Shown one piece after another: positions 1 through 9,386 of a stretch of 64,000 nt of DNA. The notes beneath the pieces were generated by a model. The model had not been told where the DNA came from. It did not search any database and was given only the letters and a program-made list of their open reading frames with translations. The stretch comes from an uncultured Gammaproteobacteria bacterium (GTDB lineage Bacteria > Patescibacteriota > Microgenomatia > UBA10105 > UBA927), in NCBI GenBank assembly GCA_964349125.1, contig CAYGFH010000001.1:325408-389407 (forward strand), in the 5' to 3' direction. Position numbers and translations under genes: made by a program. Each line of letters opens with the position of its first letter. Within the stretch, counting starts at the first letter, position 1.

Positions 1-636
1 CATTTTTTGGTTAGGGTCGTCGTATCCGACCGGATTTGTAAATGAGCTTTTGTCGAGTCGTAGTGCTTTTGCTTTCGCGTTCATTGCAGCAACGAACGCC
101 TCCACCCCGCCCGGATACCCTTCCGCTAACGCCCACGCAGCATCATTTCCTGAGTGGATTAGCGCCCCATATAAGAGGTTCTCGACTGTGATCTTTTCAT
201 CGGGTACCAACCCCATGATTTGACCATCGTTTGCCACAGTCTTTACAGTGATTATATCGTCCAGAGAGTACCAATCCAACGCCACTAAGGCTGTGAGAAT
301 TTTTGTGGTGGACGCAGGGGCCAATAATTCATCTTCATTCCGTTTATACATATGTACACCAGAGGCACTATCCAGTATGACGACACCGGTTGCGGTAATC
401 TCGCTACCGGGAAAAATACCTGTAGCGTTTTCCGGATACGGGGCGACCGGTGGCGGGTCCCGCCGGACATCTTGAGGTGTAGGAATGATTGTTGAGTGGA
501 GAATATCCAACAGATACGCATTATGTGTCGGCGTCAGGAGTATAAAAACAATAAAGCAGAACAGAAACGCAATGCGGTCAATTTTTCGCACATACCATAT
601 ATCCAATATGGACGGTTTCTTTTTCTTTTTTGCCAT
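1..636 (-). CDS. D-alanyl-D-alanine carboxypeptidase (serine-type, peptidase S11/PBP5-like); 3' end truncated by window edge
   Basis: Manual translation of the minus strand from ATG at 636 (MAKKKKKPSILDIWYV...) runs open to coordinate 1. It has a TM/signal segment, then an SxxK motif (APASTTKILTA) and an SxN motif (HSGND). It is not in the ORF track because there is no in-window stop. Confidence 0.6.
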   Translation of the reverse strand, partial: MAKKKKKPSILDIWYVRKIDRIAFLFCFIVFILLTPTHNAYLLDILHSTIIPTPQDVRRDPPPVAPYPENATGIFPGSEITATGVVILDSASGVHMYKRNEDELLAPASTTKILTALVALDWYSLDDIITVKTVANDGQIMGLVPDEKITVENLLYGALIHSGNDAAWALAEGYPGGVEAFVAAMNAKAKALRLDKSSFTNPVGYDDPNQKM

Positions 637-660
637 ACATTAGATCCAAAGCGTAAAAAA

Positions 661-2508
661 TTAACTTTTTTTGGAGTACGCCCCGACGATAGGGTGAGAG
701 ACAAGCTCATACTCCGCACGGGACATCGAAACAGATTTTGTATGAAGCCCTGCATTAAAGACAACTGTGTCATTTTCCCGAAGGGCTTCATCCATATACA
801 GCGGTATACCAAAAATATGTCCAAATGGCGGCACGGCTCCGATTGTCACCGTTGTAACTTCCTCTACCTGCTCAGGAGTTGCCATACGCAGATCCTTTAC
901 TCCGTATAGTTTTTTAAACTCTTTCATGTCTATCTTCCTGTCTCCACCTACCGCTACCATAATAGGCTTTCCATCCGCATACAGCACTATTGCTTTCGCT
1001 CCCCAGGCAAGTGGGGTGTTGCGAATAGCGGCTGCCTCTTCTGAAGTTTTAACATGAGCGTGCTCATATGTTTCAAATTTGACCTTGGCATTTTTAAGTG
1101 TGGCAATAATCTGCTCATACACCGCATCTCCTCCGGATTTTTTCTGTGACGGAGAAAGCCCTAATTCAATAAGTTGTGATACATCCACCGTGCTTGGCGC
1201 ATCCATAACGCTTGTTTTGCCACCTGCGGATTGCGGAAATGCGACAACTTCACGGAGGTATGGCTCACCTGTGATTGTCATCAATAATCGCTCTATACCA
1301 TGAGCGAGGCCCCCGTGAGGCGGAACACCATATTCAAAGGCCTCCAGCATATGACCAAATTGGGCGCTGATTGTTTCCCTCGCGTAACCCATGATTTCAA
1401 ATACTTTGGTAAGCACCTCTGACTCATGACTCCTGATACTCCCACCTCCAACCTCATAGCCATTGCAGACCATATCGTACTGGGTTGTCAGGATATCTCC
1501 AATATGCTCTCCGGACAGAAGCCACTCTTTATGTTCCTTCTTCGGTGCTGAAAACGGATTATGCGTAAATGTCCATCCACCCTCGGAAGTTTTTTCAAAG
1601 AATGGAAAATCGACAACCCACGCAAAAGCCAGAATACCATTTTTTCTATCCTCCTCAGTGCGCATATCAAACTTATCCGCACCGTATGTCTTCATGGCGT
1701 CCGCGTACGTTATGACCGGAAACGGTTTTTGCTTTATTGTGTATCCCAACGATTCTACCACGTGAGTCATCATTGCTTCATCAAATGCCATGACGTCTTC
1801 CCTTTCTACAAAGCTCATTTCCAGATCGATTTGAGAATGCTCAAATCCACGGTCTGCCCTCAGATCCTCGTCTCTCATGCACCTGGCTATCTGGAAATAG
1901 CGTTCAAATCCCGCAACCATCAACAATTGTTTATACTGCTGTGGTGATTGAGGTAATGCGTAAAATTTTCCCGGCTGAAGCCTGGAAGGGACAAGAAAGT
2001 CACGTGATCCTTCAGGTGTAGACTTTGTCAGCATCGGTGTTTCGATTTCTGTGAAGTCGTTTTTAAACAAAAACTGCCGCACCAAATCAATGAATTTTGA
2101 CCGGAGATGAATATTTTTTTGAAGACGCGGCCGGCGTAAATCCAGATAGCGATACTTGAGGCGAGTCTCTTCGTTTATATCAAGTCCAGCAGTATCAATC
2201 GGCATGGGCAATTCTTTCGCTTGGCTGATTATGCGCATATCGGTAACTTCCACCTCGACAGTCCCTGTGGCTAATTTTGTATTGACCATGGATTCCGGAC
2301 GATTTTTTACGAGACCACGGACTTCTATAACAGACTCTACTTTCACATCTGCCAATGATTTATCTGAGACCATCTGCACAACGCCGCTTCTGTCACGAAG
2401 ATCTAGAAACATAATTTTTCCGTGGTCACGACGACTGGCCACCCAACCCTGTAAGAGGATCTCCTCACCAATATGCCTGATACTGTCAACTGATAGTGTT
2501 CTTACCAT
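661..2508 (-). CDS. aspS: Aspartyl-tRNA synthetase (bacterial type lacking GAD insertion) fused to C-terminal YbaK/ProX-like aminoacyl-tRNA deacylase domain
   Basis: N-terminal OB anticodon-binding domain (FLDLRDRSGVVQ). Class II motifs are present (FRDEDLRADR-like CMRDEDLRADRGFEHSQIDLEMSF; GGLAHGIERLLM). The segment between motif 2 and 3 is short, so there is no GAD domain. A ~160-aa C-terminal domain carries the YbaK/ProX hallmark (TIGAVPPFG). Confidence 0.85.
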   Translation of the reverse strand: MVRTLSVDSIRHIGEEILLQGWVASRRDHGKIMFLDLRDRSGVVQMVSDKSLADVKVESVIEVRGLVKNRPESMVNTKLATGTVEVEVTDMRIISQAKELPMPIDTAGLDINEETRLKYRYLDLRRPRLQKNIHLRSKFIDLVRQFLFKNDFTEIETPMLTKSTPEGSRDFLVPSRLQPGKFYALPQSPQQYKQLLMVAGFERYFQIARCMRDEDLRADRGFEHSQIDLEMSFVEREDVMAFDEAMMTHVVESLGYTIKQKPFPVITYADAMKTYGADKFDMRTEEDRKNGILAFAWVVDFPFFEKTSEGGWTFTHNPFSAPKKEHKEWLLSGEHIGDILTTQYDMVCNGYEVGGGSIRSHESEVLTKVFEIMGYARETISAQFGHMLEAFEYGVPPHGGLAHGIERLLMTITGEPYLREVVAFPQSAGGKTSVMDAPSTVDVSQLIELGLSPSQKKSGGDAVYEQIIATLKNAKVKFETYEHAHVKTSEEAAAIRNTPLAWGAKAIVLYADGKPIMVAVGGDRKIDMKEFKKLYGVKDLRMATPEQVEEVTTVTIGAVPPFGHIFGIPLYMDEALRENDTVVFNAGLHTKSVSMSRAEYELVSHPIVGAYSKKS

Positions 2509-2532
2509 ACCCTAATGATACCAAAAATATCT

Positions 2533-4314
2533 CTAATCTATAAGACGGACATGAATATCTTTTATTTTCAATTGCAGTGAGATTTTGCCGTTCCATGCAT
2601 TCATATCTATTGTGTAGGCAATATCGACCATAGTGTCGGGTTGTAGTGATGCAGCCATAGTCCCTAAGTTGAACGCTACCGCATCCAAAGCTTGTGATTG
2701 TGTGAGTGGGGTACCAGTCGCACCTAACCGCAGTTTAAGATGTTTATTTTCTTTGCCTATTGATTTCACCTGTAACACACGTACGTCACGGGAAACAAAT
2801 ATTGGTTCAAAATTCCCAAATCCAAACGGCTGGAAATCCTGCAATACTTCCCACAACGACGCTGTTGCAATTGATAGCGGTAATTCGCCATCCACACGAA
2901 GCATTTTTTCCATCATACTGTCTGTTAGTTGTTTGTCTGCGAGGGATTCCAGTCTGAGCTGTAACTCAGCAAGATGCTTCGTTTCAACTGTAAATCCCGC
3001 AGCCATTGGGTGACCGCCCACATCTATAAGAATGTCACTCTGTGCCCGTATAGCTTCAACAATATTGAATCCCGGTATGGACCGAGCAGATGCCTTTGAT
3101 ATCTGTTCGCCTTTCGCAAGAACAATAGACGGGCGATAATACTCCTCTACCAATTTTCCGGCAATCAGACCGATAATCCCCTGATTATAAGATTCATCTG
3201 CAACGAACAATAATTTTGCCAGGCCGCTTTCCTTGCGTCCTTTCACGATATCCTTCGCGTGAAGCGCGGAATCCACAGTTAACTGTTGTCTATCTTTGTT
3301 TGTCAGCGCTATTTTTCGTGCCAACAGCATAGCCTTATCTTCCTGATGTGTACATAACAATCTCATAGCATCCATGGCATGCTCCAGTCTGCCCATGGCG
3401 TTTAGCCGTGGGGCGAGACCATGCGAAATATTGTAGACTGCCAGTTCTCCCGCAGACAATCCTGCCTCCTGCATAAGCGCCAAAAGCCCAACACGTTTCG
3501 TTTCGTTAAGCGCTGACAATCCGAATTTCACTATCGATCGATTAGACCCGATAAGAGGGACCAAATCAGCAACGGTGCCTATGGCGGCGAGCGCCAGATG
3601 CTCTTTATTTTGCCTACCTGCGTTGTCACCTAATCCCGATGAAGGTGTATACCGACTTCGAAGTTCTTTTGACACGAACCATGACACTCCTGCTCCGCAT
3701 AGTTCCGTCGTGTGCACTATGGTACATGCTGGAAGCGTTGCTCCCTTTGTATGGTGATCAGTGACAATAACATCGATACCATGTGATTGTGCATATGCAA
3801 CTTTTTCAGCACCTGTAATACCGTGATCCACGGTTACAATCAATGTGGGATTATACAGTCCGATGATTGTATCTATTCCCTTTTGTGACAACCCATACCC
3901 TTCTTCTACCCTATGGGGTATATACGGCATAACCTGTGCTCCTAAATCACGGAGTGTCTCCCACATAATAGTCCCAGCTGTAATACCGTCAGCATCATAG
4001 TCAGCATAGACCACGATTGATTCTTTTTGTGCAAGAGCCTTCGAGATACGGGCAATAGCATCATCGAGTGCAATATCATCTATCCCTACATCGGCCGCTG
4101 TAAATTGGGTAGGATCAGGAGGATGTAAAAATGCTGTTACGTTTGACTCGCTGACTAATCCCCTTCGAACCAACAAATTTGTTCGTATTTCCTCAACTGA
4201 TGATGTCCACTTTGGAATTTCAGATCCGTCCGCAGAAACCCATCGTAGTGTAGTAGTAGAATTTTTTGGAAGCTCCCGGTTTGACTTTTTTTTCACCATA
4301 TACAATACATCCAC
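2533..4314 (-). CDS. recJ: Single-stranded-DNA-specific exonuclease RecJ
   Basis: DHH family motifs (DYDADGITAG, VTDHH) and a DHHA1 region. The C-terminal OB-like region matches RecJ architecture. Confidence 0.85.
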   Translation of the reverse strand: MDVLYMVKKKSNRELPKNSTTTLRWVSADGSEIPKWTSSVEEIRTNLLVRRGLVSESNVTAFLHPPDPTQFTAADVGIDDIALDDAIARISKALAQKESIVVYADYDADGITAGTIMWETLRDLGAQVMPYIPHRVEEGYGLSQKGIDTIIGLYNPTLIVTVDHGITGAEKVAYAQSHGIDVIVTDHHTKGATLPACTIVHTTELCGAGVSWFVSKELRSRYTPSSGLGDNAGRQNKEHLALAAIGTVADLVPLIGSNRSIVKFGLSALNETKRVGLLALMQEAGLSAGELAVYNISHGLAPRLNAMGRLEHAMDAMRLLCTHQEDKAMLLARKIALTNKDRQQLTVDSALHAKDIVKGRKESGLAKLLFVADESYNQGIIGLIAGKLVEEYYRPSIVLAKGEQISKASARSIPGFNIVEAIRAQSDILIDVGGHPMAAGFTVETKHLAELQLRLESLADKQLTDSMMEKMLRVDGELPLSIATASLWEVLQDFQPFGFGNFEPIFVSRDVRVLQVKSIGKENKHLKLRLGATGTPLTQSQALDAVAFNLGTMAASLQPDTMVDIAYTIDMNAWNGKISLQLKIKDIHVRLID

Positions 4315-4373
4315 CCGCTATTTACCGTTTTTACGTTTCGCAAACAGGAGTAAGTTGGGTATATAATAACAGC

Positions 4374-5762
4374 ATGATTTCTCTCCCACAACCAGTGAGT
4401 TCATTCATTAGCACGTTTGCTGCGGCAGGCTACGAGTGTTTTGCAGTAGGCGGCTCTGTAAGAGATTTACTCACAGGCAAACCTACGCATGGGTGGGACT
4501 TTACCACAAATGCAAAACCTGAAGAAATTCTCGCTCTGTTTCCTGATAGTTTTTATGATAATCAATTCGGCACTGTCGGCGTAAAAATTTACTCATCAGT
4601 ACCTGATGGTGAGACGCGCCCAGCCGAAAGCAAACCGGATGACATATTTGAAGTTACCACATACAGAAGCGAACAAGGGTATAAAGACCATCGACATCCT
4701 GATACCGTTATATGGGGAAAAACACTGCAAGAGGATCTTTCACGGAGGGATTTTACCATCAACGCTATCGCCTATGACGGTACCACGCTTCATGATCCAT
4801 ACAATGGTCAGGAAGATCTGAAGAATCGTATAATCAGGACAGTCGGAAATCCATCTGAACGATTTGCCGAAGATGCGCTACGTATGATGCGTGCGGTCAG
4901 GCAGGCGTCTGAGGTCGGCTGCATGATTGACCCCAAAACGCTTGAAGCAATTCAGCAATCAAGCGCGCTTTTACCCACAATATCTGCAGAACGTATTCGT
5001 GATGAACTTTTGAAATTGCTCGCATCATCATTTCCCGCCGATGGAGTACTCCTTCTGAAAAGTACAGGGTTACTTCACTACGTAATCCCTGAACTTGAAG
5101 GCGCCTTTGACGTCCAGCAAAAAAGCCCAAAAAGACACCATATATATGATGTAGGGACTCACAGTGTTGAAGCGTTGAGACATTGTCCTTCTACAGATGC
5201 TATTGTGAGACTCGCAACACTTCTTCATGACATTGGCAAAATTAAGACGTATAGGAAAGATGAGACAGGACTCATCACTTTTTATAATCATGAAATGGTA
5301 AGTGCGAAACTGGCACGGAATATCTGTGCACGACTTCGACTTTCCAAGAAACAAACCGAAAAAATTATCTCACTTGTACGATGGCATCAATTTTCGGTAG
5401 ATGAACGGCAAACTGATTCCGCCATACGAAGATTCATACGAAATGTAGGAAAAGATTATCTCGAAGATATTCTGGCGCTGCGTATCGGTGACAGGCTCGG
5501 AGGCGGCGCTTCGGAGACATCCTGGAGATTAGAACTCTTCAAAAAACGCCTCGAAGAGGTCCAAAAGCAGCCGTTTACCGTCGCAGATCTGAAAGTAAAC
5601 GGATTTGATGTCATGAGTCTGTTTGGATGTAAACCGGGACCAATCATTGGTACCACTCTGGCGGCAATTTTTTCTGAAGTGGAAGCAGGCACCCTGAAAA
5701 ATGAGCGTGACATACTCCTGGAGAGACTGGCAAATATGCAAAAGTCAGACCCCGTTCTATAG
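4374..5762 (+). CDS. cca: CCA-adding tRNA nucleotidyltransferase (Pol-beta NTase head + HD domain)
   Basis: GGSVRDLL..G..DFT nucleotidyltransferase motif and HD motif (LLHDIGK). Start reassigned to ATG 4374 (MISLPQ...); the track's ORF extension from 4266 overlaps recJ. Confidence 0.8.
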   Translation: MISLPQPVSSFISTFAAAGYECFAVGGSVRDLLTGKPTHGWDFTTNAKPEEILALFPDSFYDNQFGTVGVKIYSSVPDGETRPAESKPDDIFEVTTYRSEQGYKDHRHPDTVIWGKTLQEDLSRRDFTINAIAYDGTTLHDPYNGQEDLKNRIIRTVGNPSERFAEDALRMMRAVRQASEVGCMIDPKTLEAIQQSSALLPTISAERIRDELLKLLASSFPADGVLLLKSTGLLHYVIPELEGAFDVQQKSPKRHHIYDVGTHSVEALRHCPSTDAIVRLATLLHDIGKIKTYRKDETGLITFYNHEMVSAKLARNICARLRLSKKQTEKIISLVRWHQFSVDERQTDSAIRRFIRNVGKDYLEDILALRIGDRLGGGASETSWRLELFKKRLEEVQKQPFTVADLKVNGFDVMSLFGCKPGPIIGTTLAAIFSEVEAGTLKNERDILLERLANMQKSDPVL

Positions 5763-6452
5763 TTTTTTTATCACCCAGACATCACAGAGGTATACCGTTG
5801 CTCTTCGGTCATACAATGGGTATACAAATTCCAGATTTTTTCGCAGAAGCACTGCGTAATCCATCCCTTTTAGAAGTTGCATTATATCTGAAACCCACCG
5901 TGTTTTTGGCGTGTACTCAATCAACCAGTCATACGGATCCGATAGCACAATAACCCCACCCTGTTTTGTTATACGAAACAGTTCCCGGGTTACCTGTATG
6001 GGATCTGCAACCCGATCAATCAGATTACTGCAGATAACAACATCTATATTCCCGTCTTCGATAGGCAGAGCCATAACATCGGCACAAAGAAATTCTACAT
6101 TCCCGGAATGGGGGAATTTTTTGATATACGCGGATGTATTATTATCGATGCGGAGTGCCTCACTGAGCAACGATTGATTGGAGTCTATACCTATGACTTT
6201 CTTGGCGCCTAGAGACGCGCAGTCAAATGATAGTCTTCCGAGCCCGCAACCCACATCTGCAACAGTGGTCTCTATACTGATAAACCTTGCGGCGAGATGT
6301 GTAACTGAACGGTAATACGCTGTAGCGACATCTTGCAAATACAATTTTTGCTGGCAATACTCTGAGAACTGAGTCTTATACTGAGACGTAATACTACGTT
6401 TTAGATCTGATGATTGCAGGAGTTGCCGAAGGTTATGTAGTATGTTTTGCAT
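5757..6452 (-). CDS. Class I SAM-dependent methyltransferase
   Basis: Motif I VADVGCGLGRLS and a Rossmann-like fold pattern. Confidence 0.6.
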   Translation of the reverse strand: MQNILHNLRQLLQSSDLKRSITSQYKTQFSEYCQQKLYLQDVATAYYRSVTHLAARFISIETTVADVGCGLGRLSFDCASLGAKKVIGIDSNQSLLSEALRIDNNTSAYIKKFPHSGNVEFLCADVMALPIEDGNIDVVICSNLIDRVADPIQVTRELFRITKQGGVIVLSDPYDWLIEYTPKTRWVSDIMQLLKGMDYAVLLRKNLEFVYPLYDRRATVYLCDVWVIKKL

Positions 6453-7317
6453 TCTTTTTCTCGAAACGGTCCCAAAGTATCAACACAGGTGTGGCGACAA
6501 ACGGCGATGAATAGGTTCCTGCAATTGTTCCTATCAGTAATGCCATAACAAACCATTTAATGGTGTCTCCGCCCATAAGTACCAGTGCAAACAACATGAA
6601 AATAATGGTTAATGAATTGGTAAGTGACCTGCCTATTGTTTCTGTCAACGCAAGGTCACACAGAGTTGCAAACGGTAACCGTTCTCCACGACGGATCAGT
6701 TCCCTAATCCGATCGAATACGACAATAGTATCGTGGACAGAAAAACTCATAGTTGTTAAAAATGCCGTAACAAATAGCGTATCCACTTCTACATGATAGA
6801 AATGGCCAAGCAGTGAGAATACTCCGAGAACAACGAGTAAATCATGAGTGAGAGCCACGATCGCTGAAACACCAAATTTTATATTTTTAAAAGCATATGC
6901 AACATATGTCAGTATCGCAATAATAGCAAAAATAGCGGCTGTTACCGTTTTTTGCAACAACTCTTTACCCAAGACCGGTCCCACAGTTTCGTTACGGGAA
7001 ACCTCTACCTTTGGCGTGAATGTGTTAATAGATTCATCCAGTTTCGTCAGGACGTCTGATTTTTCAGGTTTTAATCTGATCAGAAACGTATTTCCTCCCA
7101 GATTTTGGACGCTGGAGGGAGATATAGATTGATTTGTAAATATATTAAGCACGTTTTTCTCGTCGATTTTTTCAGAAAACTGCAACTCAAGAAGTGTTCC
7201 TCCGGTAAAATCCACTGCAGGTCGAAGACCAAACATGCCAAGTGAAATTAATCCCGGAATTATGACACTCGCTGAGATCATGATGTATACCCAGATATAT
7301 TTACTAAACCGAATCAT
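6433..7317 (-). CDS. secF: Protein translocase subunit SecF
   Basis: SecD/SecF family 6-TM pattern, immediately downstream of and overlapping secD. Confidence 0.8.
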   Translation of the reverse strand: MIRFSKYIWVYIMISASVIIPGLISLGMFGLRPAVDFTGGTLLELQFSEKIDEKNVLNIFTNQSISPSSVQNLGGNTFLIRLKPEKSDVLTKLDESINTFTPKVEVSRNETVGPVLGKELLQKTVTAAIFAIIAILTYVAYAFKNIKFGVSAIVALTHDLLVVLGVFSLLGHFYHVEVDTLFVTAFLTTMSFSVHDTIVVFDRIRELIRRGERLPFATLCDLALTETIGRSLTNSLTIIFMLFALVLMGGDTIKWFVMALLIGTIAGTYSSPFVATPVLILWDRFEKKNAKHTT

Positions 7318-8693
7318 ATTATCTCCTTTTTAGCCCGCTCGGTATATAATACCCGAATAAGTGTCCTTGTCACGACAATACCGGTAAACAGGCTCGTCAC
7401 TACTCCGATAAATAATGTAACGGCAAACCCCCTGACCAGTCCTGAGCTCGGAAGCATCTGCCAGTTACCCGGGTTAAACAAAATAAGACAGGTAATGATC
7501 GTAGTGATGTTTGCATCTTTTATGCTATCCCAAGCTCGACCAAATCCCAGTTCCATGGCCATTTTCCATGGCTTTCCTAAACGCTTTTCCTCAGCGAATC
7601 GTTCAAATATGAGGATATTACTATCAACAGCCATACCAATGGATAGGATAAACCCAGCAATTCCCGGAAGTGTAAGCGTAATGGGTATAAACCGGTAAAT
7701 CGCAAAATTTAGGAGACCATACAAGATGAGTGCCATAACGGCAAATAAACCTAACCATCCATATTTTGCAACCATAAAGACGGCAACTATAGCAAGTCCT
7801 ATTAACCCAGCCTGAACACTATCTTTGACTGATTGAGCACCCAATGTCGCTCCTACGGTACGCTTCTCTACTGGTGTGACCGGAACCGGAAGCGCACCTG
7901 CGTTTAACTGCAATGCCAATGTTTTCGCGGCTTCCTGTGTGAAACTGCCTGTTATTGCTGCGCGTCCATCAATAATTTCTGTGTTTACCCGAGGCCATGT
8001 CACAGGGTACTGATCTAAAAATATGGCAAGTGGTTTGCCGACCAAACGGCGTGTGATTTCAGCAAATTTTTTCGTTCCCTCTGCACTGAATTCGATAGAT
8101 ACCTCCGGCTCCCCGGTCTGTGTACTAAACTGAACCATAGCTCTTGTCAAATCCCGACCGGTGAGTCCTGTTGGCTTTGTGGTTGTCAGCGTGGGGATAA
8201 AATACGCTGATTCTGAGGCAGTCGGCTCAACTGTAAATTCTCGAAAATCCAACAGTGCTGTCTGGCCGATAAGCTCCATAGCTTTATTTACATCGGTAAT
8301 GCCCGGAAGCTCTACAAGGATTCTATAGGAATCCTGACTTTTTGAGGACTGAACGATCGGCTCAGAGACTCCAAACATGTTTACCCGCCGCTCTATGACT
8401 TGTTTTGCTGATTCAAGGGCGCTGTCACGATCTTCCTTGGCTATTGATTTCATATCCGCTTCAAGCGCCAAATGGGTGCCACCGGAGAGATCTAAACCTA
8501 ATTTCGTCGTGAAATCTTTATTGATATTCAATCCCAATGCATTTATATGAATACCCAATGGGTTTACTTCGCGGTCAATATGCACGGGCCCTATATCCAG
8601 CTTTAGCCTGTATTTTTCAGGGAGATCCACACCGATTAAAACAATTGTCAGAAGTATTAAAAAAAAGAATACGCGATGCGGTGTTTTAAACAT
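7314..8693 (-). CDS. secD: Protein translocase subunit SecD
   Basis: N-terminal TM, large periplasmic domain, and a C-terminal 5-TM SecD/F core (LNFAIYRFIPITLTLPGIAGFILSIGMAVD). Confidence 0.8.
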   Translation of the reverse strand: MFKTPHRVFFFLILLTIVLIGVDLPEKYRLKLDIGPVHIDREVNPLGIHINALGLNINKDFTTKLGLDLSGGTHLALEADMKSIAKEDRDSALESAKQVIERRVNMFGVSEPIVQSSKSQDSYRILVELPGITDVNKAMELIGQTALLDFREFTVEPTASESAYFIPTLTTTKPTGLTGRDLTRAMVQFSTQTGEPEVSIEFSAEGTKKFAEITRRLVGKPLAIFLDQYPVTWPRVNTEIIDGRAAITGSFTQEAAKTLALQLNAGALPVPVTPVEKRTVGATLGAQSVKDSVQAGLIGLAIVAVFMVAKYGWLGLFAVMALILYGLLNFAIYRFIPITLTLPGIAGFILSIGMAVDSNILIFERFAEEKRLGKPWKMAMELGFGRAWDSIKDANITTIITCLILFNPGNWQMLPSSGLVRGFAVTLFIGVVTSLFTGIVVTRTLIRVLYTERAKKEII

Positions 8694-8768
8694 ACAAAAC
8701 TAATCTTCACAAAAACAATAATTTTTCCATTGTATACCAGAAAACTTTACTGTGACAAATGGCAAATT

Positions 8769-9386
8769 TTATGACACGAAGTCTTCCTCGTCACCAATGA
8801 TCATAACCCGTGAGCCAGTCAATACAGATATGACAAACGGATCACGTCTGCTCTTTCGAAACTCAAATTCTTCATCCGTCATCACCGTATAATTTATTTC
8901 GGTTTCGTGTCGGGATTCTTCCGATTTTATAATTTGGGACAATTCAGGCAATACAACATTTCCTACCACCACCAAATCCACATCCGATTGAGATCGCTTT
9001 GGTAATCCCCGAATATATCGACCTGAAACCATAACGTATTTTATCTTCCCGAGTTTGGCTTTTTGCTTTAGCACATCGGCGCCTATACCTGAAGTTTTGC
9101 AGATCAATTCCATGAGCTCAAAGTACAATGGGTAATCTTTTCGAAAAAGATAAAACAACCTGTTCGCTCGCTGTTCTTTCGTGACCATGCCGGCTTTCTC
9201 CATATGGGAGAGTTCCCGTCTGACAGCATTTATTTCCTCGTCTACTTTTCGTACGATGTCACGGACATGATACATGACTCCGGGGTGAGATAAGAATAAT
9301 GTCAATATCTTTACCCGAACCCTGGAGATAACGATATCTTCCAACATATACAAACCCTCCAAGGGCAGAACATTTTTAATATTCAA
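8769..9386 (-). CDS. Winged-helix DNA-binding domain fused to Pol-beta-type nucleotidyltransferase domain protein
   Basis: N-terminal wHTH-like region, then a GS...SDVDLVVVG minimal nucleotidyltransferase motif. Confidence 0.45.
   Translation of the reverse strand: MNIKNVLPLEGLYMLEDIVISRVRVKILTLFLSHPGVMYHVRDIVRKVDEEINAVRRELSHMEKAGMVTKEQRANRLFYLFRKDYPLYFELMELICKTSGIGADVLKQKAKLGKIKYVMVSGRYIRGLPKRSQSDVDLVVVGNVVLPELSQIIKSEESRHETEINYTVMTDEEFEFRKSRRDPFVISVLTGSRVMIIGDEEDFVS

Noticed and set aside
4266-4373. N-terminal extension of the cca ORF (MEAPGLTFF...)
   Set aside because: - It overlaps the recJ coding region on the opposite strand.
- The family-conserved N-terminus begins at the ATG at 4374.
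8769-9386. wHTH-nucleotidyltransferase as a toxin-antitoxin (HEPN/MNT) module
   Set aside because: - There is no HEPN-like partner gene adjacent.
- The neighbours are envelope proteins.
- A toxin-antitoxin assignment is not supported.
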